Part shown: positions 10,461-23,549 of the stretch, piece after piece
How the letters are laid out: every line of letters starts with the position of its first letter
How positions within the stretch are numbered: position 1 is the first letter of the stretch
Origin: Raillietiella orientalis
Taxonomy: Eukaryota
DNA: 64,000 nt
Reading direction: 5' to 3'
Assembly (NCBI GenBank): GCA_036172245.1
Contig: JAYWIR010000001.1
Span: forward strand, 8,308,001 to 8,372,000
Made by a program: the position numbers and the translations under genes
Notes under the pieces: generated by a model
Told to the model about the DNA's origin: nothing
The model's database searches: none
What the model saw: only the letters and a program-made list of their open reading frames with translations

Positions 10461-13400
10461 ATCACCACCGCACGAGCGTTCCTTTCCCTCCCGCGACTTC
10501 CACCTGCCAGAGTTGGACTGCACAGGATGGGACTGAAGGAGCCCTCGAAGGAGGACTCGGCGAGCTCGGAGACTGGCGTCCCCGAGCCCCTTATGGCTGT
10601 TGGATCGTGACACCGAAGAGTCCCTTGCCCCGCGTCCCGCTCGCAAATCCCCCTCGCTCCAGCGCCGCGTCGCCACGGAATAAGCTGCAGAGACTGCTGC
10701 CCGCCGCTTCACCCCTTCCTGCGGTACGGAGAGGTGAAGGGAGGTGCCGATCCAAGGAAAGGATACTCCAAGACTTTTCCACTGCCTTACATCCCCTTGC
10801 CTTCCTGAAGGCTCCACCGCGGGCGTTTCCCGGCGACAGTTCCGTCTTCCAGAACCTGGCACGCGCGTTCGCTTTCTCCGGCTGGAGTTCCCGCCCCTTC
10901 CACAATGGACCCTTGGCGAAGGAGGATGTGACCAACCGCGCGGCATCTCTCGCGAAGGGGGAAGGGGAAGCAGGAACGGGAAAACCTCGAGAGGTCTAGG
11001 GCGGCGCCACACGTCCTGACGCGCCACAGGTGCCCTCCTTGTGATCCACAGGTGGTTCCCACCACGCCTCTCCTGTGCATTCCTACAGGAGAAACTGCGA
11101 ACTCCCTTTCCGCTCTGCTTGCCCCATCACCCTTATTTCTGGGGAAAAGGGTACCAACAAGAATGCAAGTCTAAAGGGAGAGCACGGCGGGAGGAGTCCC
11201 TCGCCATCCTTGTTTTCCTCTCACCTTGTTTCACAGAGCTCCTCCCCTGCTTCCTTCATTCTCTCTTTCTTCTCTTGCTCCTCTTCCCTTCCTCTCCTCC
11301 TTCTCTTTCCGCTCCTCCCTTTTTTTTCTCGAAAAGCCGAAGAGAGGAAGGAAAGCCGTGCTCAAGAATGAAGCGTGGCTGAGGACCCTCTGAGCTCTTC
11401 TCATCCGACCGGGATCAGGGGAGTCTGCGCCACTTTGGCAGGGGTCACGGAGGTGACGGCGGGGACCGCACGTCTTTGTAGGGCTCATCGCTGAAGCGGA
11501 AGATCCGCGGGCTGGGCAGCGATTAGCCCCGGCGGGGTCTCACAAAGGTCCCTGCAAGGAGAGGGCCTCTGGCCGTTCCCAGGGAACGCCGTGGAGGTTT
11601 CATCTCCGAGACTGTCTCCGTGATGACTGCGACTGGAGGCAGATTCACGAGCACCACGACGCCACCCTCGAACGGGGGCGGAGGTCAAGGGAGGAGGACG
11701 TGGGGATGAGGTGGCGCACAGCTTCCCGCCGCGCTTTCCCCTTTCCTCCCCGACTCCTGCGTGCTTCGGCAAACATCGTCGAGGAAGACTTGGCGGGGCG
11801 GGCAGGGAATGGGGAGTGGGAATAGGAACGGGGATTAGGAGGAGACAACTTCAACGTGATCCTTGCCGGTGCTACTCGCACCTCTTTTCCTCTTCCTTGC
11901 ACTTCCATTGCGGAAGTGCAACGTCCCAGCTCGCTCTTTTCGGAAGGAGACGGTAAAAGCGAGAAGGGTGGCGGCAGAGTCCCCATCCTGCCACCACCCT
12001 ACCCACGCCCTCTCTTCGGCTCAGGTAGATCTCAGGAAGGGGAAGGGACATGGGAGGTGGGCGGACAGGGAGGAGTAGGAGGAGGAGACTGGATTGGGTT
12101 TCTCCTGCACGCTCGAGGAGCAGGGTAGAAGAGCGCCGCCACCGCCGCAGCGCGCCGAACCTTGCGGGTCGATCGGTCAGCTGCACGGATCGGATGGGTA
12201 GGACGCTGTTCCCATCAATCGAGTGCTCTTATCCGCCCCCCCACCTCCCCCCCCACTCTTCCCCGCTCCCTCTGATCGCACGAAACAATGCTAGAGCGCC
12301 GTCGTGACATGCCTCGAAGGTGAATCGCTGGGTCGGGCGATCGTCGCTTCTCTCTCCCGCCCACCGGTCCTGAGACGCGAGTGAACGCCAGTCGAGAACG
12401 CGATGAGACGCCCTCCCCGTTAATTGGTGCCCGTCAAATTGAGCTTCTTCTTCCTGCAGGAAGGGGGCGCTAACAGGAGCTGCGGTGTGCTCCAGAACAG
12501 CAACCACGTACGCGGTCGTTTCCAGACAGGCAGCCTTCGAGAGGGGATGAAGGGGAGAGGGGGGGGGGGGGGGGAAGAGCGAAAAATTCGATGAGGATGC
12601 ACCTCCGCCGGTTACCCCCCCTCTTGTGCCGCTCTTCCGCCAAGTCCAGCTGCTTCAGAATGGCTGCAGGATGGGAGTCGGTGAAGAGCGCGGTTTCCCA
12701 AGAATCCCAGTCGGCAGAGAGTATCGTCGGCAGTCACGTTGCGCATCGCCCCTTCCCGTCCCTGGTGGCACCAGCTGAAAATCGCGGTGAGCGCAGCTGT
12801 GCCGATGGCCCGGAGTCCAGTGCAAGCGCGCTACCATCGACCGGCCGGCGCTGAAGGGAGGAGGAGGGAGGGGAGGGGAGGAAGAAAAGAGAGAAGTGGG
12901 AGAGAGGAAAACGTGACTCGCCCCGCAGGATCGGAGGTGGCGGCTCGCCCTACCCTGCGTTCTCGCCGCCGCCGTCTTCGCGCGCAATGTCGGGGGCGTT
13001 TGATCGATAATTCCGCAATTTTCGTTCCGAACGTGCGGTCCGCCTTAGGTTCCCCTCCCTGCTCTCTCCCTTGCCCTTCCCCGAGGGCGCCCAGGGAGAG
13101 AGATCCGCGCATCCTCCTCTCCCTCCGCCTCTGACCCGCGCCCGAAAGAGGGCAAGACGGTGGGCAAGCGTCAAGCACAGAGAGAGGGAGGGGGCCCAGT
13201 CCGCCCTCCCCCGCCCTCCGCGCGCGCCCTTCGCCGCCCTCGATCCTCCCTCCTTCGCAAGGAAACTCCTTCCCTCCTCCCTTCCTTCCCTCCTCCTCCT
13301 CCTCCCACCTCCGGATGCGGCGGCAGCTTCGGGTCGGCTCGCCGCCCGGTCCTTGCACGCCGCGCGCGGTGTCCGGGACGATGCGACCGCGGTGACCGTC

Positions 13401-14199
13401 GGCTCCCGAGGAACACACCTACAGACCATCCGCCGCTCCTCGATTGCTCCAGGATCTTCGCGTAGGCCGATGGTGGTAAGATGATCCTTCTGGGAAGAGA
13501 GAGTGAAAGGAGAGAGACAGGGACAGGGAAAAAGTAGGGGAGCCGAAGGGGGGTAGGGATTCAGGGCAAACAAATCTCGCCGATCGATGAGCGTTTCTAG
13601 AGCTCCCGACGCCGCGCCTTCCTCTCCCTTGCTGTCGCGTCCCTCTTTTTTTCCCTCTTCCTTGACTCCCCAGTTTGCTCCCTCTTCATCTCGAGTTCGC
13701 TCTCCTCCTCTCGGTCCCGGACGTGTGCCGGGAACGCTGTGCTGAAGAGGGCGGGTCGGGATGCATCCTTCTCATCACGAGGGAACAGAGAGGACGCTTG
13801 CATGGGAGACGCATCCAGGCAGAAGGGGGGTCAAAAAGCGATTCGAGCTGGAGGCATCCTCCACCTGGACTCGGAGAGAGGGGCGCGCTTTCCGAGACGG
13901 GGATGTGCCAAAGACGCGCGTCTTCTGCTCCTAGCCTCCTTCCACCTCTTCCCGGAGCTGACCCCATAGGAAGGGCACCTTCCTCTTGCTTGAGGAACGG
14001 CAGACGATCGGTGGCACTCCGGCCTGTCCACCGCGCGTCTCTCCTTCCCGGATCTGCATCAGGGAAGGCATCGGGGTGCTTCCCCGTATGACCGGTGGGG
14101 AGGGACAAGTCAGTACTTCCGCCTTTTCCTGAGCCGCGAACGAGGACTACTGCTCCTACCAGGGACATCCACCTTCTTTGCATCTGGCACAGACCGAGT

Positions 14200-16000
14200 T
14201 TCCCCTCTCTCGCCCTCTCAGGCACGGAAGGGCGACTTGGCCCTGCCGGTTGCCATGGTGGAGGCAGCTTGCCGGCTCCGGCCTTCCGATAGAGACAGCA
14301 GCCAGCGGCATTCTGCTACTGACACTGACCCGTGATGTTCGGGTCACACCGAATGCACCGTCATTGGCCGAAGCATCTTCCGCTTGTGGACTCGGTCAGG
14401 AGACGCTTCCCTGAACCCCCTCCATCCTGGTTTGGGGGTATCAGGGACGCTGTGCACGCGAAGTCTCTGGGTGCAATGGGCACGCAGACTGCGCCATTTG
14501 GGAGAGCCTGTCCACAGCAGCGCAGAAAAAAGGCATGAGAGGTTGCAGGAGAAGGAGAGGGGGAGAGAAGAAGGAGAGAATCCCTTGCTTCAGCAAGCAG
14601 AAGTGCCTGCTGGATGAGGAGCCGATCCCGGACACTTAGACACTCATCCATGCACAGTATCCCCGTCCTTCCTACGACAGACTTCGGAATTCTCTCGTCA
14701 GGAGTGCTTCCGGGGGGACCTGGAACCGGGTCGAAATGAGGCTGAGCAATCAGCGAAAGGCTACGAAGGGGACGACAGGCCACCTCTTGCAATCTGACCT
14801 GCCGTTTCTTGTCTCCTACGGGGGGAATTCCTAGAGAGCGATGAGTCACTGCTTGGTTCCCCCGAGGAAGCGGGGTGCTCCTCGAAGATTCGAATCCTGC
14901 AGGATCCGACATTCTTAATTGGGAAGGCACAGGACTGCACGCGTGCATATCCATTCTTCGGGAACTTTCGTCTTTTCTAAGTTCATTGTGTTTCTCTTCC
15001 ACTCTTGGACCTCTGTCTTCTCCTTCTCCTACTATTCCACTCTGAAATGTATGCCTTCTCCGTCTTCTCTGAGACGAACTTTCGAGGGAACCGGAAACGG
15101 GTCTCTTTTCTTTCACTCTGGAACGTCTTCCTTCTTGAAAATCTTCTTGCTTAGCCCTCTTCAGACTCCTCGTCCTTTTCAGATTTCCCTCGTAACCGAA
15201 GAGATGCTGAGGAGCCCTGTACCCACAGCTGCTCCGCTTGCCGCGGTCCGGGAGTGAAGCTGTGACCCTCGCAAAGACGGGGATTCAAACAACAAGGACT
15301 GCTCAATGATGTCCAGTTCCTATCGTCGGTGAGGACCTCAGTCTCACCAACTTCAATCTGGGCTTCGTGGGTACTAAGGTCAAGCCGTAGAACGCGGCTA
15401 TGGTAGACTGTCGGAGAAGCCGAAGAGAGGAGAAGCGTATTCTGAACAGAGCAGCTCTCGGCAGGAGACGGTGTGCTCAGAGGACACCTGAAGTGGAGGA
15501 AGGAACGGACCGGCTTGCGATAGCCCTTTGATCTCAACCCGCGGATCCAAGATTGCTCCACGAGTGGACGATTTGGCAGCAGCCTTTCCTTATGTGTCGT
15601 CGGCCTCAGCATCGGACGTTCCCTGGATCCCGTGCTCACGCTCTCGCTGGCCTTCTCCTTCAGAGTCCTGAAGAGCTCAGAGGGACCTACGCCATGTCCG
15701 ACAAAGGTGACCTGGGAGGCACAAGATTCTTGAGAGATGATCACAGGTTCCTCAAGAGAGCGCACAGCTGTTCCCTGAGCTTCACGCCTTCTCACTTTCC
15801 ACCGCGGTCTACGGAGGCTGCGTACTCCGCTCACCTTTATGGACCCGCAGCGAAACCGTTCCGATCGCAGCGTCCTGCAATGGAGCAGAGCGCGCCCGTC
15901 TGTTTACCTAGCAACGCTCCCTGCTGGCTTGAAGGCGTGGTCGCTCCTGGAAGTGCCCATGGTCAGCCACCCTACCAACGTGAGAACTCTCCCCAAGGCG
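14200..16000 (-). mobile_element. Degenerate Ty3/gypsy pol relic (RT, RNase H, integrase)
   Basis: Ordered relics: HGHFQ, SQESCASQVTFVGHGVG (like KCxF..VxFLGH, ~15685-15730), RPTTHKE, FLHFRCPLSTP, LLLSSAS (like LxTDAS), then integrase-like LRSLSLIAQPHFDPV and CLSVRD. No LTRs recognised. Confidence 0.55.
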
Positions 16001-19000
16001 GCACAGGAGTCCTGTTCCTCTCCCCGACCTCCCTCTTAGCTCGCTGTTCAATTCCGTAGGGGACCGTCCGGTTTCGCAGGCGACGGTCGCCCGCTCAGCC
16101 ACTCCTCAAGGAAGGAAGACCCGATGTCCCAGCAGCTTGAAGACGGAACCTGCGGTTGCTTCGCGATCCCACGCGGCTCCTCCCGTTCTAGCCAGCATCC
16201 CTGCTCTCGGGAAAAAATCCCCCTTCCCCCTTCCCTTCACTTCCTTTCTCCTCCCTACCCCTTCACTTCCCTTCTCCTCCTCCCTGAGCTTCAGGGGGAG
16301 TCACGGGAATCTGCAGCCGGGACCACGAGAGGTTGCGGGTGTTCCCGAAATTTGAGGCTCCTGCGTACCCGTTCGGGAACCCCGGATCGAGCCAATTAAT
16401 TAAAATCTCTCCGCACTCCGTCTTCCTTTTCATCGAGGTCCGCTTCTGTTTTGATTCCTCCCCTTCGTCCGCCATTGTCCGACGCGGTGGGGAGTCCTTG
16501 GGTGGGGAAAGGTACCCCCGCTGCCGCTGCTGCCTCCTGCAAGCGTCATCGGGCGCGTTGCGCGGGGGCCATCCCGCTAATCGCTCGTGCTCCAGTTGAC
16601 GCCAACGGGATCGTCGCGCGCGCGTGTTCTTTCAGTCCCCGTGCACGCAGGCGGCTCGGGGCGCCTGCCACGCCCCTGGCGGCGGCGGCGGCGGCGGCAG
16701 CAAGCAGGGAGGCGAGAGAGAACGCACCCCTGTGGTGCAGCAGCACCGCCGCCGCCTCTGTCAGCGAACGGATGCCGGCACCCCGGGGGAAAGAACTGGA
16801 AGCGGTGGGGGAGCGAAACGCGCTCCGAGCGCGTGCGCGTTCGCACGCGCGCGCAAGTGCACGCTCCCGCGTGTATGCGACCCGTCGAAACCCGTGGCGA
16901 ATGCTGGGACGAAGAGGGAAGTGGCATTCGCCAGCTAAGAATCCCACCCTCTTCCTTGCCACTCGATTTTTGCTACTTGAGCCCTCCATGTTTTTTTTTT
17001 CCTCCTCGTGCGTGCGCGTGTGTGTCGCAGCTGGCAACCCTGCGAAAGAGCAGACGGCGACGCTGGTCGTGAGTCTCCTTTCCTTTGTAACGAGGTTGAG
17101 CGCCTCTCTCGGCGTCCCGGCGAGACGCCGGCGGCCCTGCAAGCTCGCATGGCGGACGCTCCTGGATGCTCCAGGCGTGGGGCTCCAGATTGCTCTAGGG
17201 TCGCTCTTCTGCCTTCGCGGAGAACCGTTCCCACGGAAACGGAGACGGGCTCCGCGAGCAGGGGAACTCCGTCGGCTCTCGATCCCCGGGCGGGTGGACC
17301 CGTCCGGCTCCGTCCCTCGTGGGAGGAAGGAAGAGGGAGCCGTCCGAGCGGAGGGAATGGTGAGAGGAATGGGGGGGGGGAGAAGGAAACGATGAGGAAC
17401 GCTCGGTCGCCCTCAGGTCAAGCCGGGTGGCCGCCCTTCTTCGGAGTGGAGTAGGCACGGGGGAAGAACCGGGAGTGGAGAGGGGAAGTCCCTACTCAGC
17501 TCTCCTCCCTGCGGCCGAGGCGCCAAGGAACCGCCGCCCGCATGGGTTCACCGGACGGCGGCGGGTGGCGCTTCTCGAACGTGTGAGTCGTCCCTCTCCG
17601 CCGCGTCTCATTGGACATCGCCGTGCCATCCGGCACGCTATTGGACGCCAGAGTCATCGCCTCGGATGCGAGCGGAAGGCGGGAAGGACAGAAGACAGGC
17701 GAAGGACGAGACAGGGAGAGAGGAGGAAATTGGAGAAAAAAGAAAGGACGGGATCGGGAAGGACTCCCTTCCTCCTTGTTTTCTCTCGCGAGGCAAGCGC
17801 CTCACCCTCTTCCTTCGGGCAAAGCACCCTCGGAGCGCACCCGCGGGAGATCGCGAGGGAGGGGGAGGAGCAGCGGGAGAGAGGAGAGGTCCGTGGAAAG
17901 ATGCAGGGCAAAGATCGCAGCCTCTCCCGCTTCTCGCCTGTCCGGCAGGTTGGACCGAAGAGCTGGCGGGGATGCTGCGATCCATCGATCTCTCGCGCGC
18001 CCCTGCATCCGTGTGGTTCCGCGAAACGAGAGGGAGAAGGGAAGCCACCTGCGCACAGAAGAGGAGGGAGCGCGCGCGCGCGCGCAGAAAGTTCCGCTGC
18101 CGCGGCGAGGAAAGGAAAGGGGGCAGCAGGACCGCCGACGGACGTGGGGGGTGAAGGAGGGGAGGCTTCCGGGAGCTCCTCTTCACTGTCCAGGAAGCGG
18201 CACGGCAGCTGCGTCTGCCACTGCGCCCGGTCTAGGCAGCATCCCAGGATAGGCGAGGGACGTGGAGCGCCGGAACACCTCTAGAGTGCCGGGAAGGGAG
18301 CCGCCTCGACGTCTCTCGTGTGACCCGCTTTCTGGCGGCGAAGGGGAAGGGGAGGGGCGTGGGGCTGATGAGGGAGTTCTTTACTTCGCCCTTCTCTCCT
18401 CCTGGACCGCGGCAAGCGAAGCAGTCCGGGATGCAAGCCGAGCGCCATCCCCGGCGGGAAGAACGCTCGGCCCGCTTGCCCCCTCCGCCTCCCCCTCAGA
18501 CTTGTGTAGGAGGTTGGGTGCTATGGAAACGGGAAGCGGAAGGCATCCCTCCCTCTTCCTCCCTTTCCCCCTTCTCCTCCACCGTGTCCGAGCCTCTCCT
18601 TCCCGCTGCTCCCGCCCAAGTCGTCAAGGCAACGAGAGCGCAAAGGATCCCTTCCCTTCCTCCCTCTGAACCTGGCGCTGCTTCTCCCCCTTCCGCTGTG
18701 TCCTCTCGAGACCTGCTGACTGACCCTTTTGAGGACGCGCCTCAGGAAGACTCCCTGGAAAGCGACAGGGGATCGTCGCCTGGACGCCTCTCCGTTCGCA
18801 ACGCGACCCATCGCGTTCGCGCCGTGCAGCAAAAGGGTCCGCCCCCCCGCCTTCACTCCCACATTCTCCCCGGCGCCCTTTTTCCAGTGCGCAGCCCGCT
18901 CGTGGGAGGGGACATGCTTCCGGTCTCCTCCCGCCCTTCGCAGGGAAGAGCTGAAGTCTCTTCCTCTCTTCCCGAGGCATCGCGCGCGAAAAATGTCGCT

Positions 19001-19069
19001 GCCGTGCGCTGCTCTTCCCGGCGCGCGCATTCTCTTCCGGTTAGCCCGTGCGCTCCCCCACTCGTCTAC

Positions 19070-19350
19070 CTCTTGACGCGCCTATCTCACACGTCCCCCA
19101 CATGTGCTCCTCTTCCAGGCATGCTCATCTCTTGCCTAGGTGTCCACGCGTTGCAGACGGGGGCAGGTGTTCTTGACGTGCTCGCGTGTTCTTCATGTGC
19201 TCCTGTGTTCTTGACGTGCTCACTCATTCCAGACGGGGGCAGGTGTTCTTAACGCAATCACGTGTTCTTCGTGTGCTCACGTGCTCTCGACGTGTTCAAG
19301 CGTACCAGGGGAAAGCGGATGTTCTTGACGTGCTCGCAAGTTCCACATGA
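19070..19350. repeat. Minisatellite with 19-bp monomer and 76-bp higher-order unit
   Basis: GTTCTT(G/A)ACG recurs at 19169, 19245 and 19321 (period 76). One unit is GTGTTCTTGACGTGCTCGC / GTGTTCTTCATGTGCTCCT / GTGTTCTTGACGTGCTCAC / TCATTCCAGACGGGGGCAG. The flanks are more degenerate. Confidence 0.85.
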
Positions 19351-22300
19351 GGACACGTGGGATCTTTAGACATGCACATGCGTTCCCATGTGTGCATCTC
19401 TCCCTGGCGCGCCCATTTCTGTCTGGCTAGCTCAAGCGTTCCCCACGCGTGAGCCTCTTATCGCGCGTATCTTGCATGCTCCTCGTCCGTTTCCTGCGTG
19501 CTTACACGTCCTCACGTGCGCGTGCTTTTCCGAGGAGCGCACTCTTCCGGACGCTCGCCCGTTCCAGGCTGGCGCGGGTCTGCTCCCCGAGTGTGCGAAA
19601 AGAAGCCTGCCGTCGGTGTGGGAGTCCGAAAAAAGCCTCCCTTCCGCTTTCCTTTCCCCTACGCGCCCCGGGCGCGTAGGTGCGAGCGCGCCCCGACGTT
19701 TTCTTTCGGGTTGCGCCGCGGCGACCTTCCGACAGGCAGGCGCGCCCGACGGGACGCCAGCTGACGACGCTGAGGGGAAGGCGGGCGGGCGGACGCGCGC
19801 GCGCGCGCGGTTACGCACGAGCTTCTGCTCCACCTGGAGCGCGCAGCCCGGAACCACCGCGCCGCCACTCGTGGCGGCAGTTCGGCCAAAAACAAACAAC
19901 CGGAACTCTGCATTGCCGGTTGCTTGGCTTCGCCGCCCCCGCGCTCCGTCCCTCGCGCTGCCGCTGGGCGGCGGTTCCCAGGAGCGCGGCGCGCTCCGCA
20001 AAGAAGGCGAGGGGGCTCCTACACTGTCCTCCCCTCCTTCCCGAACCCCCTCGTGAAAGGGACCCGGGAGTCCTCCTCCTTTCCCCGTCGGAGGAGGGAG
20101 GCCCCCACCCGGAGCGGCCCACAAACTCTCCTCGGAGGGAGGGAGAGTCCCGGGCGTGGTGACGTCGAGTGAGGAAGAGGGGAGGCGATCGCCAAGGAAG
20201 GACGAAAAGTTCACGCTCGCGCCGAGGCTGCTGCCGCCATCGAGCTCCTCGGCTCGCACGCACGCACTCGCGCGTGGGAAATTCCCGCGCGGCGAACTCG
20301 CCCGCCGGGCAAAAACTCTGCCACTCTGCCGCCGCCGTGTGCCGGGACCGCTCGCTCGCCGAGGCAGGGCGCTGCCGCTCCGCAAGATGGCTCCCGCTGC
20401 CGAAGCCTTCCCCCCCCCCCCCCTCCTCCTCCGCTTCGCCTCGAGAAGTCGTCGTAGGCGGGGACGCGGGTTCGGGGAGCGAAAAATGCTAACGACCACA
20501 GTTGGCACGCCAACGGCTCATTACCCCTGTCTTCCAGAGGTGCAGGAATTGATTGCCCTCCCGGTGCGAGCGCGTCGGGAGAGCAGCGGGAGCGGAGGGA
20601 ACGAGGGGGGGGGGAGGTGCGGAGGAAGGAGGAAACGGAGCGTGTGGACCACCGCTCGGACCGTGAGTCCGCGCGTGGGGGGGGGGAGGAGTCGAGGGAG
20701 CTCAGGGGAAGTGCAGCGGGCAAAGGATCCTCGCCGGACTCCAAAGGAGACTCCGCGACTCCCCTCCTTCCCTTGCCTTCCTGCGACCCCATCCCCTGAC
20801 GTCCTCTTCTTTTTCCTTGCCGATCCGGCCTGCTTCCAGAACGGACCGGCGCGCGATGCCCCTCCGCTAGCTCGAGCACGCGCGAACGTTTTGTCATCGC
20901 GTTAGAAAAGAAAAAAAAAGAGGGAAGAAAGAAAGGAGGGGAGGGGGGGGGAGGAGAAGGGGGGAGAAGCGCGGCCTACAAATTGGTGTGGGAAACTCCG
21001 TGCGCGCTCTTTGTGGCTACTGACGTCCCGGAGGAACGCTGCTGCTCGTAAATCAACGCTCTGGAGGGCTTTCGGGAACCGCCGTGCCTCGCCGAGGGTT
21101 CCGCCGTCCCTCGCACAAAGGGGGGGAAGGGGGGGGAGGACACGGCAGCGGCCGTGCCAGGAACACTCCGCGCTTTACATCATTGTGGAGCTCGCGGGGC
21201 GATGGGATTCGGGAAAGTGAGCGCAAGATCCCGCGGGCCCCTTCCGACCGACCGATCCCTTCCACCCCCTCCTTGCCCTTGCTCCCTCCCTCCCCGGAAG
21301 TATGCGCGTGGTGGTATCAACAGCTTCGTGGACCGCACGGGAAGGAGAGAAGCTCCGCGAGAAAGCCGCAGCACGGGAGCGCCAAGAAACCTCCTCCCCC
21401 TTCCCCTCCCCCCTGCTTTCCTGATCGATTTTCTCGCCCCCCTCCCCCCATTACTTTGTTTAAGGGGGAAGGAGGGGACAAGGACTCTTTCCGCAGCCTC
21501 CCTTCCGAACGGTCCCGCTGGAAGCCCAATCCAAGCACTCCTGACGAGGCCGCCAGGGCGAGTGGAGGAGCCCCCTAGAAGGGCGGGCAAAATCTCCGCG
21601 ACGGGAGTGCAGCGCGCCCGCCTGCACGCCTGGGAGCGCGAGCCATCGAGTCGGTGACTTCGCTCCCGTATCCAGAGCGACCGACCGGTTCTTCGTCTGT
21701 CCTCGCTTTTTTCCCAGGTGCTCCGCGCAGAGGCAAAACAAAGCAAAGCGGAAAAAGAGACGAGAGGAGGAGAAGGAGGAAGAGGAGGGGGGGAGGGGAG
21801 GGCGAAGGGAAAAGAGAGAAGGTCCTGCCGCCGCCGCCGCCGCCGCCGCCGCTGCTCCCGTTGCGGAAATGAGCCATCAGCGAATTTGCGACGTCGCCAA
21901 CTTGATTGATCGCTCCTAATTTGGGAACAATTGATGGCGAACCGCGGTCCTGTGGGCCATTGAAAATTGGCCGTGGTCAGGCCTTTCTGGGCCGGAGGGG
22001 TCGGACAGGGCGCGTTCCTTGCGCGCGGCGTCCCTGGGCGCCGGTTCCGGCGCGCGCGAAGGGGGGAGGGAGAAGGACGGAACTGCCCCCGGGGAGCGAC
22101 TGGCTTGCCCTCAGCGCGCGAGCGCGAGCCACAGGAGGTGCAGGAGGAGACAAACGCCGTGCAGCGGCGGCTGTGCCGACTTCCTTCTGAGAGGCGACCC
22201 GACGGCGGGAGCGGACCCTCGTCGGCACGCGCCCGTCGAACGCCCGCTCCAGGAACATCTTCCCTCCCTCTCTCACCGTCTCCCCAACCTCTTCCCCCTG

Positions 22301-23388
22301 GCTGAGAGCCGGGAGGGCTGCGGCAGGCCGCCGCTGACAAACGCAGTCTTTCCTCGCCACGCCGCGCGAAGCCGGGGGTAGATGGCGTGGAGGCTGCGGG
22401 CCATTAATCTGACGTAACTCAATATGAGTTCCCGTAAGTCCCTGCTTCTCTCGGGAAGCGAAAAAGGCAAAGAAAAAAAGGAAAAAATCTATCCGATGCA
22501 CTTGGACGAGAATCAAAATGGGAGGGGGGAAAGAGGAGGAGGACGACGAATCTTCTCCTAGCAAAGTTCCAGGCGGGATGGATCTCCGGAATGGCAAACT
22601 GCACCCTCCCTCCCCGGGATCTCCGGATGATTCCGACAGGCGAAGAGCAACCGCCAAGCGTCTTGCTCGGGAAGCTTTGCCGTGCCGTGAGATGCAGAGC
22701 GAATGAGCGATGCGTTTGCAAATGACAACGTAATAAGCGCCATGGGCACGCAATCTTTTCGAAAATCTCAGAGAAATCTGCTCGGTACACATGTTCCGGG
22801 AGCACAAGTAGTCTGAAGCACGCAAAGATCGCAACGCTCCTCTCCTCCCCGATCACTTACACCTCCCCTTCCTTTTTCCTCTTTTTTTTTTTTTTCTTTC
22901 TTTCTTTCTTCCAATTTTTTTTATATTTTTCCTAATGATAAACATCCTCTTCCGCAGGCTCGCTGGGGAAGACGAACCCTCCTGCCGTGCGTAGGCCTGG
23001 GAACCGGAACGCGCCAAGTGGTGTCATTCGGACTCCCTTCCCGAGAGCACTGGAGGGTAGCGCGACTGCTGAGGGAGCTACGAGGAATCTTCCTGTCCGA
23101 CAAAACATCCCTCCGGTCCGTGTGTGGCTCGGCACAGGACGGAGTGCCAATCGCTCGAGGACACCCCGTTTTCTCCATCCATCCCTGCCTTACCCCTGTG
23201 CACCACGATGCGCGCTTCACTACCGCCTTCCTTGAGAATTCCTCCCGCCTTCTTCGGAGTTCAAGGGTCACTGCGCCCTTCGGAAGTCCCCGCAATCCTT
23301 GTCGAGAATCCTGTTCTCCTTCTCGGAAAATCCGTCCTCGTTGGCGCTCTCCGTTGCCTTGGCAAACGGCTGCTGAATCGCCGGTTCA

Positions 23389-23549
23389 ACAATGGAAAGT
23401 TGAAGCTGTTTCCATGGTTGCGCGCTATTTTCCAGACATTCACAGAGCGCAACAATGAAGGCGCGATCGCGCGCAACCATGGAAACGGCCTCAACTTCCC
23501 ACTGTCTCCCCCGTAACTGCTCGGTGAACGGAAGGCAACAAGGAAAGTC
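23389..23549. mobile_element. Palindromic MITE-like element, copy A
   Basis: 37-bp inverted arms at 23389-23425 and 23469-23505 with 4 mismatches. The right arm continues to 23549 and matches 26380-26468 in reverse complement (12 mismatches in 89 nt). Confidence 0.75.

Noticed and set aside
19070..19350. Possible CRISPR-like array
   Set aside because: Tandem degenerate units without unique spacers, eukaryotic context, and no cas genes.
22855..22860. Minus-strand GTAAGT donor after an A-rich stretch
   Set aside because: Weak exon-side context, with no associated ATG, acceptor or promoter cluster. A 6-mer is expected by chance.
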